A stretch of DNA of 64,000 bases from Verrucomicrobiota bacterium (GTDB taxonomy: Bacteria > Verrucomicrobiota > Verrucomicrobiia > Limisphaerales > CANJXF01). Under the pieces are notes generated by a model, which was given only the letters and a program-made list of their open reading frames with translations, was not told the DNA's origin and ran no database searches. Shown piece after piece: positions 47,700 through 58,220 of the stretch. The position numbers and the translations under genes are program-made. Numbering within the stretch: the first letter of the stretch is position 1; each line of letters begins with the position of its first letter. The stretch lies in NCBI GenBank assembly GCA_038214755.1, contig JBBQRQ010000016.1, positions 1-64,000 of the forward strand. The letters run 5' to 3'.

Positions 47700-50606
47700 C
47701 TACGGCTGAAAATAGATGAGGCGATAGAATGCCGTGCCATTGGTCGGATTAGGCGTGATTGTGACATGATTCGTGGTCAACGTGCCCGCTACGTTTACCC
47801 AGTTATTGCTAATACCAACAGTGATTGGGTTGATTTGCGATTGCAAGCGCCAGCCGATATTTCCAGCAGGCCAGGTAATGTCGAGTTGGTTGTTACTGAA
47901 TTGTGCTGTCATGGTGGGGGGAATAAGGCTGACAACGCGAAGCGTGCCATCGCTCGTCAGCGTATTTGTATTCCACGCCAAATCAGTGCCTGGCGAAGAT
48001 GGCACGATGCTGGTAAAGGCTCCAACATAAGGACTGTAATTTGCAGTCGGATTGGCAACGGTTGTGGCGGAAAATAATTTGAGAGCATCGCCCGCGACCA
48101 ATGGACGTCCGCTGAGTGAGAGATTAAGTGTGCCGCCATAGGTGACTTTGTTTAACCCAATTACTTTGTCGTATGTCGTATCGAGATTGGCCTCAATCGC
48201 AGTCGTGCTGCCATCCGCCAACACCAGGTTGTTGCTGATCGTTATCGTGCCTATGGATGCGCCGGGACTAAAGGTGCCGCCATTTTCCACCGTCACCGGG
48301 CCCAAGAGGGTGCCGGTGCCAGCCAGGGTGGCTCCGTTTTTTACGCTTACAGGAGAAATACCAAGCCCGCCATTTACCATCAGCCTGCCAGCATTAACAC
48401 TGACTGCGCCGACGAAGCTATTTGGGTTGCTGAGAGTCAATGTGCCAAGACCTGACTTAGTCAAAACCGTTGAGCCAGTGATATTGCCACTACCCGAGAA
48501 GGAATAGTTGTTATCTGAAGCAACCGTGACACTGGCAGGGGCTACCGCGCCGCTGATATTTACCGTTCGATTTGTCGAGGTATCATCGAAGGTCACTGCG
48601 TCCAGACTATAGAATTTCTCGGTGCCATTGTTCCAGCTTGCAGCACTATTATAGTTCCATAAATTTCCACCGCCACCAAACCAAATGAGGTTGCTGGTGG
48701 AACCACTGACGGTAAGATTTATGTTGGGAGCGGTAGTTGCGTCAAAGGCGAAGGTATAACGGCTATTGGCAAGTGCGCCGCTCATTTGCAGGTTATTGGT
48801 GCCGCCCACCAAAGTGCCGTAAGTCATCAACGTGTAGGTGCCTGAGGCGATGGTTCCGCTCGCTGCACTCACCTCTACTGTGTTCACACCATTGAGCGTC
48901 AGTATATTGGTAACACTGATCTGATCGTTCAGATTGACGGGCGAATCCAGGTCGAAGCGCAAAATAGCACTGTTCAAAGTAAGATTTGTCTTCACCGCGA
49001 GCGTGCCGATGACGCCGCGCGCCACGGGAGCCAAAGCTTGCCCCGGATAAACAATGAAATCGGTAACGGGAGTAGTTTGATTGATGAAACTTGCGCTAAG
49101 CGTTCCGTAATTCGTCAGCGTTCCGAGCCCGATATTCAACGTAGTCACCGTAATGTCTCCCGGGACCGTATCGCCCGCTGGCATCATATCCAGAGAGCCA
49201 CCGGCATTGATGGTGAGAGTGTTGGTGCCCCTGAAGCCGGGCGGGCTGTTGTCCCCAAGGTTGCCCGACACTCTCACCTGACCACCATTGATGGTGAGTG
49301 TGCCGTTGCCGGCGGTGGATACGTCGCCAGCGTCGAATCCCATGTTGATGTTTCCCGCGACCAAAGTGGCATTGGTCCGCACGTTGACCGTCCCGATGGC
49401 TCTGCTGTTATTGTTGAACCGCTGACAGCCGATGTTCAAGGTAGTCACGTCGCATATACCCGCACCTAACGTCAACGTGCCAGTGCCATTGGCCGCTGTG
49501 AGGTTGTTATAACCATTGCCCGAACCGACAATCATTTTGTCCACCAGGATATCCACGGTGCCAAGGCTGAAGTCCATCGTGCCCACGGACGCGACCGTGG
49601 CCGAGTTAGGAATGTCATTGTCTCCAATTCCAATTTCCGCCATCCGACTAATACCATCCGCATTGCGCAACTTGATTGTCGGATTGATCGAACCGGCGCG
49701 GAACCTCATCGTTCCACCAGTGCTCGCTCTTGCGCCTCCAATCGTGATTGCTTCCGTGTTGATCGTGTTCTCCTGTCCCAATTCCACCAAAGTAAGATTG
49801 CCGCTCGCATTGGCATAACGGTTCACCGCGACGGCGAAGGGAGAAATCGCTAACGGAAATTGATCGGTTTTCGGTCGCGCGGCAGTAATGACATTGGTCT
49901 TGGCCAAAAGCACTGAACCCAGTGCCCTATCAATATTTGTATATTGAGCGCCAGCGACAAGAGGGGAAACACCGTTGCCACTTACTTGAAATCGCCCTCC
50001 GCCAAATGTGAAGTTATTCAACCCGGCCATGTCCAACATTCCTTTATGGGCCCCCGAATTGGCCGTGAGCGCTCTGGCACTAATTGTAATGTCCAGATTG
50101 GTATTAGGTGAAGCCAGATTACCTACGGCGAGAGTGCCCAGGCCAAGAATGGTCGCATAGAATAGATCAATGCTGCCCACGTTGTCCCCGCCGACAAGCA
50201 AGACGTACGCATTCGTAGTGGCTGAAGTAACAGTGGAGTTAGCGGTCAGCGTCACACCTGGATTGATTAAGGTCGTATGGGTGTTCACCGCAATGCTGTT
50301 GGAAACGGCTGAGTATAGCAGGTTGCTGATCGTGATGTTGGCGTTCACCGTATTGTTCGTAGCCCCTATAACATTGGTGGAACCGCTGTTGGTAAAAGTC
50401 ACCGAATCGGACGCAGTGGGCACTTGAGCGGGCGACCAGTTATTGGGATCCGACCAACTGTTGGTGAGGACCGAGAGGCCTGTCCATATAAGCGGAGCAG
50501 CGTGGATTTTAATTCCACCAAGGTAAAAAATTACAGCGAGCCACGTCGCCATTATGCGGCAAGGATGGAATGGGGTTCGAGGGAGCCGTGGCAATTGGAG
50601 ATACAT
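47700..50606 (-). CDS. Large exported beta-helix/PATR repeat protein with FxRL C-terminal domain
   Basis: Signal-like N-terminus (start 50606 or 50552); G/T/N-rich; [19 protein letters not shown] repeat; ends ITWP...GWRLQ...W...FYRLIYFQP. Confidence 0.8.
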   Translation of the reverse strand: MYLQLPRLPRTPFHPCRIMATWLAVIFYLGGIKIHAAPLIWTGLSVLTNSWSDPNNWSPAQVPTASDSVTFTNSGSTNVIGATNNTVNANITISNLLYSAVSNSIAVNTHTTLINPGVTLTANSTVTSATTNAYVLLVGGDNVGSIDLFYATILGLGTLAVGNLASPNTNLDITISARALTANSGAHKGMLDMAGLNNFTFGGGRFQVSGNGVSPLVAGAQYTNIDRALGSVLLAKTNVITAARPKTDQFPLAISPFAVAVNRYANASGNLTLVELGQENTINTEAITIGGARASTGGTMRFRAGSINPTIKLRNADGISRMAEIGIGDNDIPNSATVASVGTMDFSLGTVDILVDKMIVGSGNGYNNLTAANGTGTLTLGAGICDVTTLNIGCQRFNNNSRAIGTVNVRTNATLVAGNINMGFDAGDVSTAGNGTLTINGGQVRVSGNLGDNSPPGFRGTNTLTINAGGSLDMMPAGDTVPGDITVTTLNIGLGTLTNYGTLSASFINQTTPVTDFIVYPGQALAPVARGVIGTLAVKTNLTLNSAILRFDLDSPVNLNDQISVTNILTLNGVNTVEVSAASGTIASGTYTLMTYGTLVGGTNNLQMSGALANSRYTFAFDATTAPNINLTVSGSTSNLIWFGGGGNLWNYNSAASWNNGTEKFYSLDAVTFDDTSTNRTVNISGAVAPASVTVASDNNYSFSGSGNITGSTVLTKSGLGTLTLSNPNSFVGAVSVNAGRLMVNGGLGISPVSVKNGATLAGTGTLLGPVTVENGGTFSPGASIGTITISNNLVLADGSTTAIEANLDTTYDKVIGLNKVTYGGTLNLSLSGRPLVAGDALKLFSATTVANPTANYSPYVGAFTSIVPSSPGTDLAWNTNTLTSDGTLRVVSLIPPTMTAQFSNNQLDITWPAGNIGWRLQSQINPITVGISNNWVNVAGTLTTNHVTITPNPTNGTAFYRLIYFQP

Positions 50607-50752
50607 AGATTTAAGTTGGTTGCATTTTCGCGTGAGACTCATCTGGAATCGCCCAGATGAAAATCACGCAGCGGAAGGGTTTGAAACGACACAGACAGAG
50701 AAACAAAATGGGAAAAGAGCGTCAAATGAATAAGCGCTAATTTTTCTAATCG

Positions 50753-50781
50753 AAAAAAAAGGCCCGGCGAAAACGCCGGGC
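50753..50781 (-). terminator. Intrinsic terminator of the oxidoreductase gene
   Basis: GCCCGGCG-4 nt-CGCCGGGC stem followed by 8 T on the minus strand. Confidence 0.8.
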
Positions 50782-50808
50782 TGTGGATGAAGGTTAAAAG
50801 TGGATCTC

Positions 50809-52197
50809 TCAGGCAGTCATGTTTGGTTCGTACTCGTGCTTCTTGTTGATGCCCGGTTGCGGAACGGGATACCGGCCATTCTTGTCGGACACCACTGGAG
50901 GCGGGCTGTCCATCGTAAACTTGTCCGCGTTCGGCGCGAATTCCTGGTCGCAATTGAGCATGTCGTCCCACGTGATTTCCTGACCGGTGTGAGCCGCCAT
51001 GCGTCCCATCGAAGTGGCGACGCTCGCTTCCACACCGCGCTGGACTTCATTGTGCGGTTTGTTGTCGCGAATAGCGGCAATCAACTCGTCCCATTCGTTT
51101 TGGTAAGGGTTGGATTCGTCTTTACTTTCCCAGATCAAATTTGCCTTGGTGGGATTTTGTCCTTTGTAAGTGCTGGAAGGGGTTCCGCAATCCCCGGTTT
51201 TGGCCAGGATCGCCATGCCTTTGCTCCCATGCGCGTAACTGGAGTAAATGGCGTTTGCCCCGTTCATGTTTCGTCCATCCATGAGGAGCTTGGTGCCATC
51301 CTTAAAAGTGTATTCCACCGAATAGTTGTCGAAATTTTGATCGACGTAATCGTAGCGATAATGACGGCCACCCAGCGCCTGCGCCTTGACCGGCCAGGCA
51401 TTTTTCATCCAACAACAATGGTCGATGTGATGGATATAAAAATCACTGTAACAACCGCCGCTCGCCCAAAGAAAACTGTGAAAGCGGCTGATCTGCCAGA
51501 GCAATTCACTGGGGTTGCCGGGCCATTTTTCTGAGAACTGCGACGCCAGCGGCCCGGGCGCCATGCGATAGCCGCGCATCAAAATGATGTCGCCGATTTC
51601 TCCGTCCTGAATGCGGCGGTGAACTTGTTGGAGCGCTTTGCTGTGGCGCGACATGAGGCCGACGCCGACTTTGAGATTTTTCGCCACGGATTCTTCCCCG
51701 AGTTTCAACATTCGTTTCGAGGTGGGGCCGTCGGCGGTCAGTGGCTTTTCCATGAAGACGTTCAGGTTCTTTTTGATGGCGTAAGTAAAATGCACCCAAC
51801 GAAACGCGAGCGGCGTGGTGAAGATCGCGATGTCGCCGGGCTTCAAAAAATCCATCGCATGTTTGTAACCGTCGAAGCCGATAAACTTGCGCTCCGCCGG
51901 CACATCCATGTCCTCGGCGTGATCTTTTTGTAACGCATCGTGGCTTGTCTTGAGTCTGCTCTCGAAAACGTCGGCCATCGCCACGAGTTTGATCGGGCCG
52001 TTTTTGACAGAGAGCGCATTGGCCGCCGCTCCCGTGCCGCGACCGCCGCAGCCGATGAGCGCGACTTTGATCGTATTATTTTCCGCAGCGTGAACGTGAG
52101 GAATGGCGACACCCGCGAGCGCCGACACCGCGGCGATCTTGCTGGAGTTGATGATAAATTCGCGACGCGAAGAAATATTATTTATGGGTTGGTTCAT
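50809..52197 (-). CDS. Gfo/Idh/MocA family oxidoreductase with Tat signal
   Basis: SRREF; ALIGCGGRG; FMEKP; HHID; ATG 52197. Confidence 0.92.
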   Translation of the reverse strand: MNQPINNISSRREFIINSSKIAAVSALAGVAIPHVHAAENNTIKVALIGCGGRGTGAAANALSVKNGPIKLVAMADVFESRLKTSHDALQKDHAEDMDVPAERKFIGFDGYKHAMDFLKPGDIAIFTTPLAFRWVHFTYAIKKNLNVFMEKPLTADGPTSKRMLKLGEESVAKNLKVGVGLMSRHSKALQQVHRRIQDGEIGDIILMRGYRMAPGPLASQFSEKWPGNPSELLWQISRFHSFLWASGGCYSDFYIHHIDHCCWMKNAWPVKAQALGGRHYRYDYVDQNFDNYSVEYTFKDGTKLLMDGRNMNGANAIYSSYAHGSKGMAILAKTGDCGTPSSTYKGQNPTKANLIWESKDESNPYQNEWDELIAAIRDNKPHNEVQRGVEASVATSMGRMAAHTGQEITWDDMLNCDQEFAPNADKFTMDSPPPVVSDKNGRYPVPQPGINKKHEYEPNMTA

Positions 52198-52333
52198 GGT
52201 TGTATATTCCCGACGATTGGGAATTGATGTCAATTCAAGAAATTCTCGCAATGATCACAAAGAACCGATTCTATGGGACTTTTGATTTGGAATTATTTTT
52301 CAACCGGTGTGTGCGAAACTTTTTTCAGTTCAT

Positions 52334-52531
52334 TTAAGATGAACCAATCGCGCGCTCTACTTGCTTAACGATTTTGGGATGGAGAATTCGGTTCCCATGA
52401 AACGGAATGACCACCCGCGTTTCGCCTTTCAAATAAATCCGGTGACTGCCTTTGCTGCGAATCCATTTATAGTCGTCCTGTAAAAGCAAGCGTTCGGCGT
52501 CGGCGGCAGTTAGCCGGGGTTGTTTAGGCAA
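52334..52531 (-). CDS. hicA: HicA family toxin
   Basis: RSKGSHRIY...VVIPFH; probable TTG start overlapping the hicB stop. Confidence 0.88.
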   Translation of the reverse strand: MPKQPRLTAADAERLLLQDDYKWIRSKGSHRIYLKGETRVVIPFHGNRILHPKIVKQVERAIGSS

Positions 52532-52748
52532 CAGAAACCTCCAGCGCCGTTGTGACAATTTGTTTGCGCGTCAGACGGCGTTGTTCTGCGCGCGGTAATG
52601 TCTCTACATACAGTTCCGCCGCTTCCTGTAGGTTTTCCATCACTTCTTCAAACGTATCGCCCTGGGTCTGGCAGCCGGAAAGTTCGGGACAATAGGCGTA
52701 ATAACCATCGTCATCTTTTTCAATGACGACATTGAGTTTAAGGGACAT
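52524..52748 (-). CDS. hicB: HicB family antitoxin (short form)
   Basis: VVIEKDDDGYYAYCPELSGCQTQGDTFEE. Confidence 0.9.
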   Translation of the reverse strand: MSLKLNVVIEKDDDGYYAYCPELSGCQTQGDTFEEVMENLQEAAELYVETLPRAEQRRLTRKQIVTTALEVSVA

Positions 52749-52796
52749 AAGAAAAAGTACCTTTTTCACCTGGGATCAACAAGTTCTATTGTCAGA

Positions 52797-53558
52797 TCAA
52801 AGGCTCTGCTTCCATTCGAGAAAGGCCGCGCGCATCTGTTCGGCGAGATTGAAAGTTTTCTTCACGTGCCTTGGAATGTAATCGGGCGAGGTCCCCAGCA
52901 AATCGGTCGTGACTAGAATTTGTCCGTCGCAATTCGAGCCGGAGCCGATGCCAATGGTGGGAATCGAAATTTTTTCGGTGACTTCTTTTGCGACGGTCGC
53001 CTTGACCAATTCCAAAACGATGGCGAACGCGCCGGCTTTTTCCAGCGCGACGGCGTCGGCCAATAAATTTTCGCGCTCGATTTCAGTTTTTCCTTTGACG
53101 CGGTAGCCGCCTTCTTCTCGGACGTGTTGCGGCAACATTCCCAGATGGCCGAGAAAAGGAATTCCGGCCGACACGATCGCGCGAACTTGTTGCAAAATTT
53201 CACGACCGCCTTCGGCTTTGACCGCTTCGGCTCCGGCGGCGATGAGGCGATTCGCATTTTCCAACGCTGATTCAGGATTTTCGTAACTTTGAAAGGGCAT
53301 GTCAGCAGCCAGCAATGCGCGCGGTTTGGCGCGGGCGCACGCGCGCAAGTGATGTTCCAATTCGTCCATCGTCACTTGCGTCGTGTCCGAATAACCGAGC
53401 ACAACCATGCCGAGAGAATCCCCGACAAGAATCAGCGGGATGCCCGCTTCATCGAGCAACTTCGTCATCGGAAAATCGTAGGCGGTAAGCGCGGCGATTT
53501 TTTCACCACGCGCTTTCATCGAGCAAATTTTTTCTACTTTGTTTGAAATTGGAATCAT
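52797..53558 (-). CDS. panB: 3-methyl-2-oxobutanoate hydroxymethyltransferase
   Basis: LTAYD, ILVGDSLG, DMPF, GHLG and GIGSG..CDGQILV motifs. Confidence 0.97.
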   Translation of the reverse strand: MIPISNKVEKICSMKARGEKIAALTAYDFPMTKLLDEAGIPLILVGDSLGMVVLGYSDTTQVTMDELEHHLRACARAKPRALLAADMPFQSYENPESALENANRLIAAGAEAVKAEGGREILQQVRAIVSAGIPFLGHLGMLPQHVREEGGYRVKGKTEIERENLLADAVALEKAGAFAIVLELVKATVAKEVTEKISIPTIGIGSGSNCDGQILVTTDLLGTSPDYIPRHVKKTFNLAEQMRAAFLEWKQSL

Positions 53559-53586
53559 GGGCGCAATCGAGGTGGAAAGCTTTTCA

Positions 53587-53661
53587 ACTGGCGGCTGGAA
53601 GCCGCCGTGACCTGCACGCAAGAGGCGCGCGCTACGTAGCGCAGGCTTCCGGCCGCCAGTT
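53587..53661. repeat. REP-like palindrome
   Basis: AACTGGCGGCTGGAAGCC...GCGCTACGTAGCGC...GGCTTCCGGCCGCCAGTT. Confidence 0.65.
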
Positions 53662-53692
53662 GGAGTATTAAATCCAAATACATCTTAAAAAT

Positions 53693-54706
53693 TTAACGAC
53701 GAAAGCTCTCCAGCAATTCCTCCGGTTGAACCGTCGCGGTGCCGACTTTCCCGACGACAATTCCCGCAGCGTGATTTGAAAAAATCGCGGCTTCCAACGG
53801 GGATGCGCCCGCTGAAATCGCCAAAGTGAAACTCGCGATGACCGTGTCACCCGCACCGGAAACATCGAAAACTTCCTGCGCCATTGTCGGAATGTGAAAG
53901 GGATTCTGCCCACGTTGGCAGAGCAACATTCCGTGATCGCCGAGGGTAATAAGGAGTAACGCGGGCGACAATTCATGCAAAAGTTTTTCGGCGACCAGCA
54001 TCAAGTTTTTATCTTCGAACGGATTTTCAGCACGCGTATCGTCCGGCACCTCCGCCAGCTCGAAAGCTTCTTTTCGGTTCGGAGTAATCAGCGACAGATT
54101 TTGCAAACGCAAATTGTGACGCGGTTTGGGATCGACGCTGAGCCAGATGCCGCGCGGTCGGCAAAACGTTTTTATTTCATCGAGCAGCCATTGCGTGACG
54201 ACGCCTTTGCCGTAGTCGCCGACGATGATGGCGGAAGCGCCTTTCAACGCGGGCAGCAACGCGCCAAAAAGTCGGCGCGAAATTTTTCCGTCCAAATCGT
54301 AACGGCTTTCACGATCGACACGGACAACTTGTTGCTGGTGCGCGACGATGCGGGTTTTAATGCTGGTTGTGCGATTGGCATTTGAGAGCACGCCAGCGCA
54401 CCCGATTTTTTGTTCGACGAGAAGTTGTTTCAATTTTTTTGCGGCGTCATCTTTTCCCACGACTCCAAATAATTCCGTGGACGCATTTAGGTCGGCGAGA
54501 TTGCGGGCCACGTTGGCCGCGCCGCCCGGCATGAAACTTTCACGCTCGAATTCAACGACAGGTACCGGAGCTTCGGGCGAAATGCGTGCCACATGGCCCC
54601 AAAGAAATTGATCCAGCATCACGTCGCCGAGGACGAGGATTTGGTTCTGGCGGGCAGCATCGAGAAGAGTGCGAACTCGATTAGCAGAGAGAGTAGCTTT
54701 ATTCAT
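53693..54706 (-). CDS. rfaE1: D-glycero-beta-D-manno-heptose-7-phosphate kinase (RfaE domain I / HldA)
   Basis: GDVMLD, RISPEAPVPV, GGAANVA, DYGKG and DVSGAGDT motifs; ATG 54706. Confidence 0.93.
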   Translation of the reverse strand: MNKATLSANRVRTLLDAARQNQILVLGDVMLDQFLWGHVARISPEAPVPVVEFERESFMPGGAANVARNLADLNASTELFGVVGKDDAAKKLKQLLVEQKIGCAGVLSNANRTTSIKTRIVAHQQQVVRVDRESRYDLDGKISRRLFGALLPALKGASAIIVGDYGKGVVTQWLLDEIKTFCRPRGIWLSVDPKPRHNLRLQNLSLITPNRKEAFELAEVPDDTRAENPFEDKNLMLVAEKLLHELSPALLLITLGDHGMLLCQRGQNPFHIPTMAQEVFDVSGAGDTVIASFTLAISAGASPLEAAIFSNHAAGIVVGKVGTATVQPEELLESFRR

Positions 54707-54884
54707 AACAGTCGCAAACCAAATCAGGAATTGGGCAACATCCATTTTTTACTTCTGGCGGAGGTTAGTAAACGCACCGGGGTAATCGTGTTGTCAAACT
54801 TCTTCGTCCGTTCTTGAAAGGAGAATGACCCTTGAATCGCTTCGCTAGTTTCCTGCTGTGTGTGACGCTCAGATTTGTTTCTCT

Positions 54885-57200
54885 TTATTCGCGCAATGGC
54901 TGCCCTGCTTTGAACTGTTCGAGGTGCGCTTCAATTGGCGTTGTCGCGTTTCCCTGAGACGCGGCCAGAGCTTTCGCTTGTTCGGCGACTTGAATGGCCT
55001 CGGCGAATAATTTTTTTTCGGCCAGTCCCGCCGCCAGCGTATCGAGGTAATAAAAATTCTTATTTTGCGAAAGCGCGCAAGCCTGTCGGGCCAGCTTCAC
55101 CGATTCATCGGCGTTGCGGAATTTCGCGTCGGCGCTGGTCGCGAGAATACGCGCCAAAAAATTCAGCGCGCTGGGGCGATCAGGTTTCAAACGCAACGCC
55201 TCGCGAAAATGGAAAATGGCCGCTTCGGTTTGCCGTTGGTTCGCCAACAAAATTCCCAGTTGATAATGAGCTTCTTCATTGGTGGGTTGCAGACGGGTCA
55301 CTTCACTCAATTGAACGGTCGCTTCGGCGGGCCGCCCCTGTCGGATACAGAGCAATGCGAGATTAAAGCGCGCGTCGGCAAACCGCGGTTTGAGGCGCAC
55401 CGCTTCGCGGAAATGTTCCAGCGCGTCGGTCAGCGCTCCCTGTTTTTGCAGAGCGTTGGCGAGATTGTTGTGGGCGTCGGCATCGCCTGGCGCCACCTTC
55501 AAAGCCATTTGATAATGTGAGATGGCTTCCGCGGTCTGCCCGTTGCGCAAAAGAGCGTTGGCCAAATTGTAATGGGCTTCCCCGTGGCCCGGATCAATTT
55601 CCAGCGCCGCCCGATAATGCACGATCGCTTCGGCGAGGTTCCCCTTTTTTCCCAGGTCCAGACCCAGCCCGTAATGGGCCGGAGCGGAATTGGATTTCAG
55701 CCGTAACGATTCTTTGTACCCTTCGATGGCTTCATCAATTTTCCCCTGCTTGTCTAAAATTTTGGCGACGTTGTAACGGGCCACGGCGTAGTTGGGTTTC
55801 AACTGCAACGCGTTTTGAAAAAGTTTCATCGCCTCGTCGGATTGCCCTTCGTTGGCCAGAGCGGTCGCGAGATTGTTGTGAGCAACATAATTTTTTTTCG
55901 TCACGGCGATGGCGTGTCTAAAAAGCGTGATGGAATTTTGCCAATGCCGAAGTTGAAATGAAGTGGAGATTGCGCAGGAGACGACAATCGCCGCGGCGAA
56001 TCCGGCGAGGATGCGCCGGGAAACGTTTCTCGAAAATTCACTTACCCCCCAGACCAACGCCACGAACAACCCGATCAGCGGCACATAGGTGTAGCGGTCG
56101 GCCATCGATTGCAGACCGACTTGAACCAGGCCGATGACGGGGACCAATGTTCCAAGAAACCAAAACCAACCGACGAAAAAATATGGCCGTCTCCGGGCCA
56201 GTCGAAACGCTGCCAGCGAAATGAATAACAAAACTATCGCGGAAAAAATAATGGCGGAAAACGGCCACGGTCGCAGCGGATAAAGGACGGAGAGTTCGAT
56301 GGGCCAAAACATTTTGGCGAGGTAGCGGCCGTACGAGACCAGTGTATTTCCAAGTCGATCCGGGAAGGGGATCAAGGCGAGCGTTGCAACCGATCCTCCT
56401 TTCTTTTGCACAAAAAAAGTCACGACGCTGGAGGCGACGGAGAGGGCGAGAAAAGGAATTTTTTCCAGCAGGAGTTTGCGAAAAAATTTTCCATCCGACA
56501 GCGGAAACGAAATGCGCCCCAAGGGCCAGAAATCCAACAACAGCAAAAGAAACGGCAACGTGACCAGCATCGGTTTCGACATCAATCCCAACGCAAAAAA
56601 AATGAGAGCGAGAAAATATGGGAGCGCGGACGTTCTCGTCCGCGTGTTCTCAAACCCCGGCGCTCTTCCACACTCTTGCAGTTCGGTTCGCGCGGACATG
56701 GCGGTCATCGCTCGTGTCCCGGCGTAGCGAAAATAAGCTCCGAGCGAGAGCAGCAGGAAAAATGTGCTTAACACGTCTTTCCGTTCGGAAATCCAGGCAA
56801 CCGATTCCACGTGCAAGGGGTGCAAGGCAAATAAAACGGCGACCATTGCGCTGAGCCACATCAGGCGGGTCGCCTTCGTGAGAAGGGAAAAAAGAAGCAG
56901 CGCGTTGACGACGTGAAAAACTAAATTTGTAAAATGATGGCCGCCGGGAGACATCCCATAAACCTGGCAATCCAGCATGTGGGAAAGCCAAGTGACGGGA
57001 TGCCAATTTCCGGTGTGCGCGGTTTGAAAAGCCCAAACGGTTCCCTCCCAGGTCAACCCCTTTTGCACCGTGCTGTTTCTCGTCACGTAATCAGGATCGT
57101 CGTAATTGATGAAGTCGTGTTGGACCACCGGCAGGAAAATCGTCAGCGTTAAAATCGCCAGGCCAAAACAAATCAACCAGAATTGTTTTTTGCTCTGCAT
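54885..57200 (-). CDS. GT-C-fold membrane protein + TPR repeats (TMTC-like putative protein O-mannosyltransferase)
   Basis: NYDD, HPLHVESVAWISERKD, SKP and ADRYTY motifs; about 10 TM helices; multiple C-terminal TPRs. Confidence 0.85.
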   Translation of the reverse strand: MQSKKQFWLICFGLAILTLTIFLPVVQHDFINYDDPDYVTRNSTVQKGLTWEGTVWAFQTAHTGNWHPVTWLSHMLDCQVYGMSPGGHHFTNLVFHVVNALLLFSLLTKATRLMWLSAMVAVLFALHPLHVESVAWISERKDVLSTFFLLLSLGAYFRYAGTRAMTAMSARTELQECGRAPGFENTRTRTSALPYFLALIFFALGLMSKPMLVTLPFLLLLLDFWPLGRISFPLSDGKFFRKLLLEKIPFLALSVASSVVTFFVQKKGGSVATLALIPFPDRLGNTLVSYGRYLAKMFWPIELSVLYPLRPWPFSAIIFSAIVLLFISLAAFRLARRRPYFFVGWFWFLGTLVPVIGLVQVGLQSMADRYTYVPLIGLFVALVWGVSEFSRNVSRRILAGFAAAIVVSCAISTSFQLRHWQNSITLFRHAIAVTKKNYVAHNNLATALANEGQSDEAMKLFQNALQLKPNYAVARYNVAKILDKQGKIDEAIEGYKESLRLKSNSAPAHYGLGLDLGKKGNLAEAIVHYRAALEIDPGHGEAHYNLANALLRNGQTAEAISHYQMALKVAPGDADAHNNLANALQKQGALTDALEHFREAVRLKPRFADARFNLALLCIRQGRPAEATVQLSEVTRLQPTNEEAHYQLGILLANQRQTEAAIFHFREALRLKPDRPSALNFLARILATSADAKFRNADESVKLARQACALSQNKNFYYLDTLAAGLAEKKLFAEAIQVAEQAKALAASQGNATTPIEAHLEQFKAGQPLRE

Positions 57201-57209
57201 GAAGGAAAT

Positions 57210-58187
57210 TCAGCGCGCGAAAATTTGCCGGATCACATCTTCGATTGGAACTTCCTGAATGTCGATGTCGCTGACGGGCAATTCGTCGAGCAACGCTTTG
57301 CAAACCGGAATGACGCGATCCCTTTTCACTTTGAGTTTGATCGTATCTGAATTTTGCTCGAGCACTTCTCCATATCTGGAAAGGTTTTCCTTCGCGCAAC
57401 CCGCCGCGCCTCCGCAGGAAATCGTGACCAGTTTTGAATCGGCGAAGCGATCCAGAATTTCGCTCAGACGACCGTCAAAAAATATGCTGCCGCGATCGAT
57501 GATGATGACGCGCTGGCAAAGTTCCTGAATGTCCGCCATGTAGTGACTGGTCAAAAGAATGGTCGTTTTACGAGTGGCGTTGTGATTGCGCAAAAATTCG
57601 CGCACGGTCTTTTGCGAAATCACATCCAGACCAATCGTCGGCTCGTCGAGGAAAAGAACTTTTGGCTGGTGGAGCAGCGCGGCGATCAATTCCATTTTCA
57701 TTCGCTCGCCCAGAGACAACTCGCGAACCATGACGTTGAGTTTGTCTTTGACGCCGAGAAGTTCCGTCAAATCGGCGACGGTTTTTTGAAATAATTTTTC
57801 GTCGATGCCATAAATTTTGCTGTTCAGTTCGAGCGATTCACGGGCGGGCAAGTCCCACCAGAGTTGATTTTTTTGACCAAGCAACAAAGCGAACTGGCGG
57901 CGATAACCATCGGCCCGTTCCCACGGAGTGTAGCCCAGCACGCGCGCCGAACCGCTCGTCGGAAAAAGAAGGCCCGACAACATTTTGAGCGTCGTCGTTT
58001 TGCCCGCGCCGTTGGGTCCGAGAAAACCGACCAGTTCTCCTTCCTCGACAGTGAAGCTGACGTCTTTGACGGCGACGGTCTGTTCGTATTTGCGATGGAA
58101 GAGTCCGCGCAACGCGCCGCCAAAACCCGGCTGCTTTTTGTAAGTGCGAAATGCCTTGGTCAGGCCCTGGACTTCAATGAGCGGCAT
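57210..58187 (-). CDS. ABC-2 type transporter ATP-binding protein
   Basis: GPNGAGKT, LSLGERM, FLDEPT and TSH motifs. Confidence 0.93.
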   Translation of the reverse strand: MPLIEVQGLTKAFRTYKKQPGFGGALRGLFHRKYEQTVAVKDVSFTVEEGELVGFLGPNGAGKTTTLKMLSGLLFPTSGSARVLGYTPWERADGYRRQFALLLGQKNQLWWDLPARESLELNSKIYGIDEKLFQKTVADLTELLGVKDKLNVMVRELSLGERMKMELIAALLHQPKVLFLDEPTIGLDVISQKTVREFLRNHNATRKTTILLTSHYMADIQELCQRVIIIDRGSIFFDGRLSEILDRFADSKLVTISCGGAAGCAKENLSRYGEVLEQNSDTIKLKVKRDRVIPVCKALLDELPVSDIDIQEVPIEDVIRQIFAR

Positions 58188-58220
58188 GAAAAAAATTTAA
58201 TGGTAGCGATGCCGCAAACT

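Noticed and set aside
43393..50606. Calling the two PATR proteins classical autotransporters
   Set aside because: Neither has a C-terminal beta-barrel; both end in the short FxRL domain instead.
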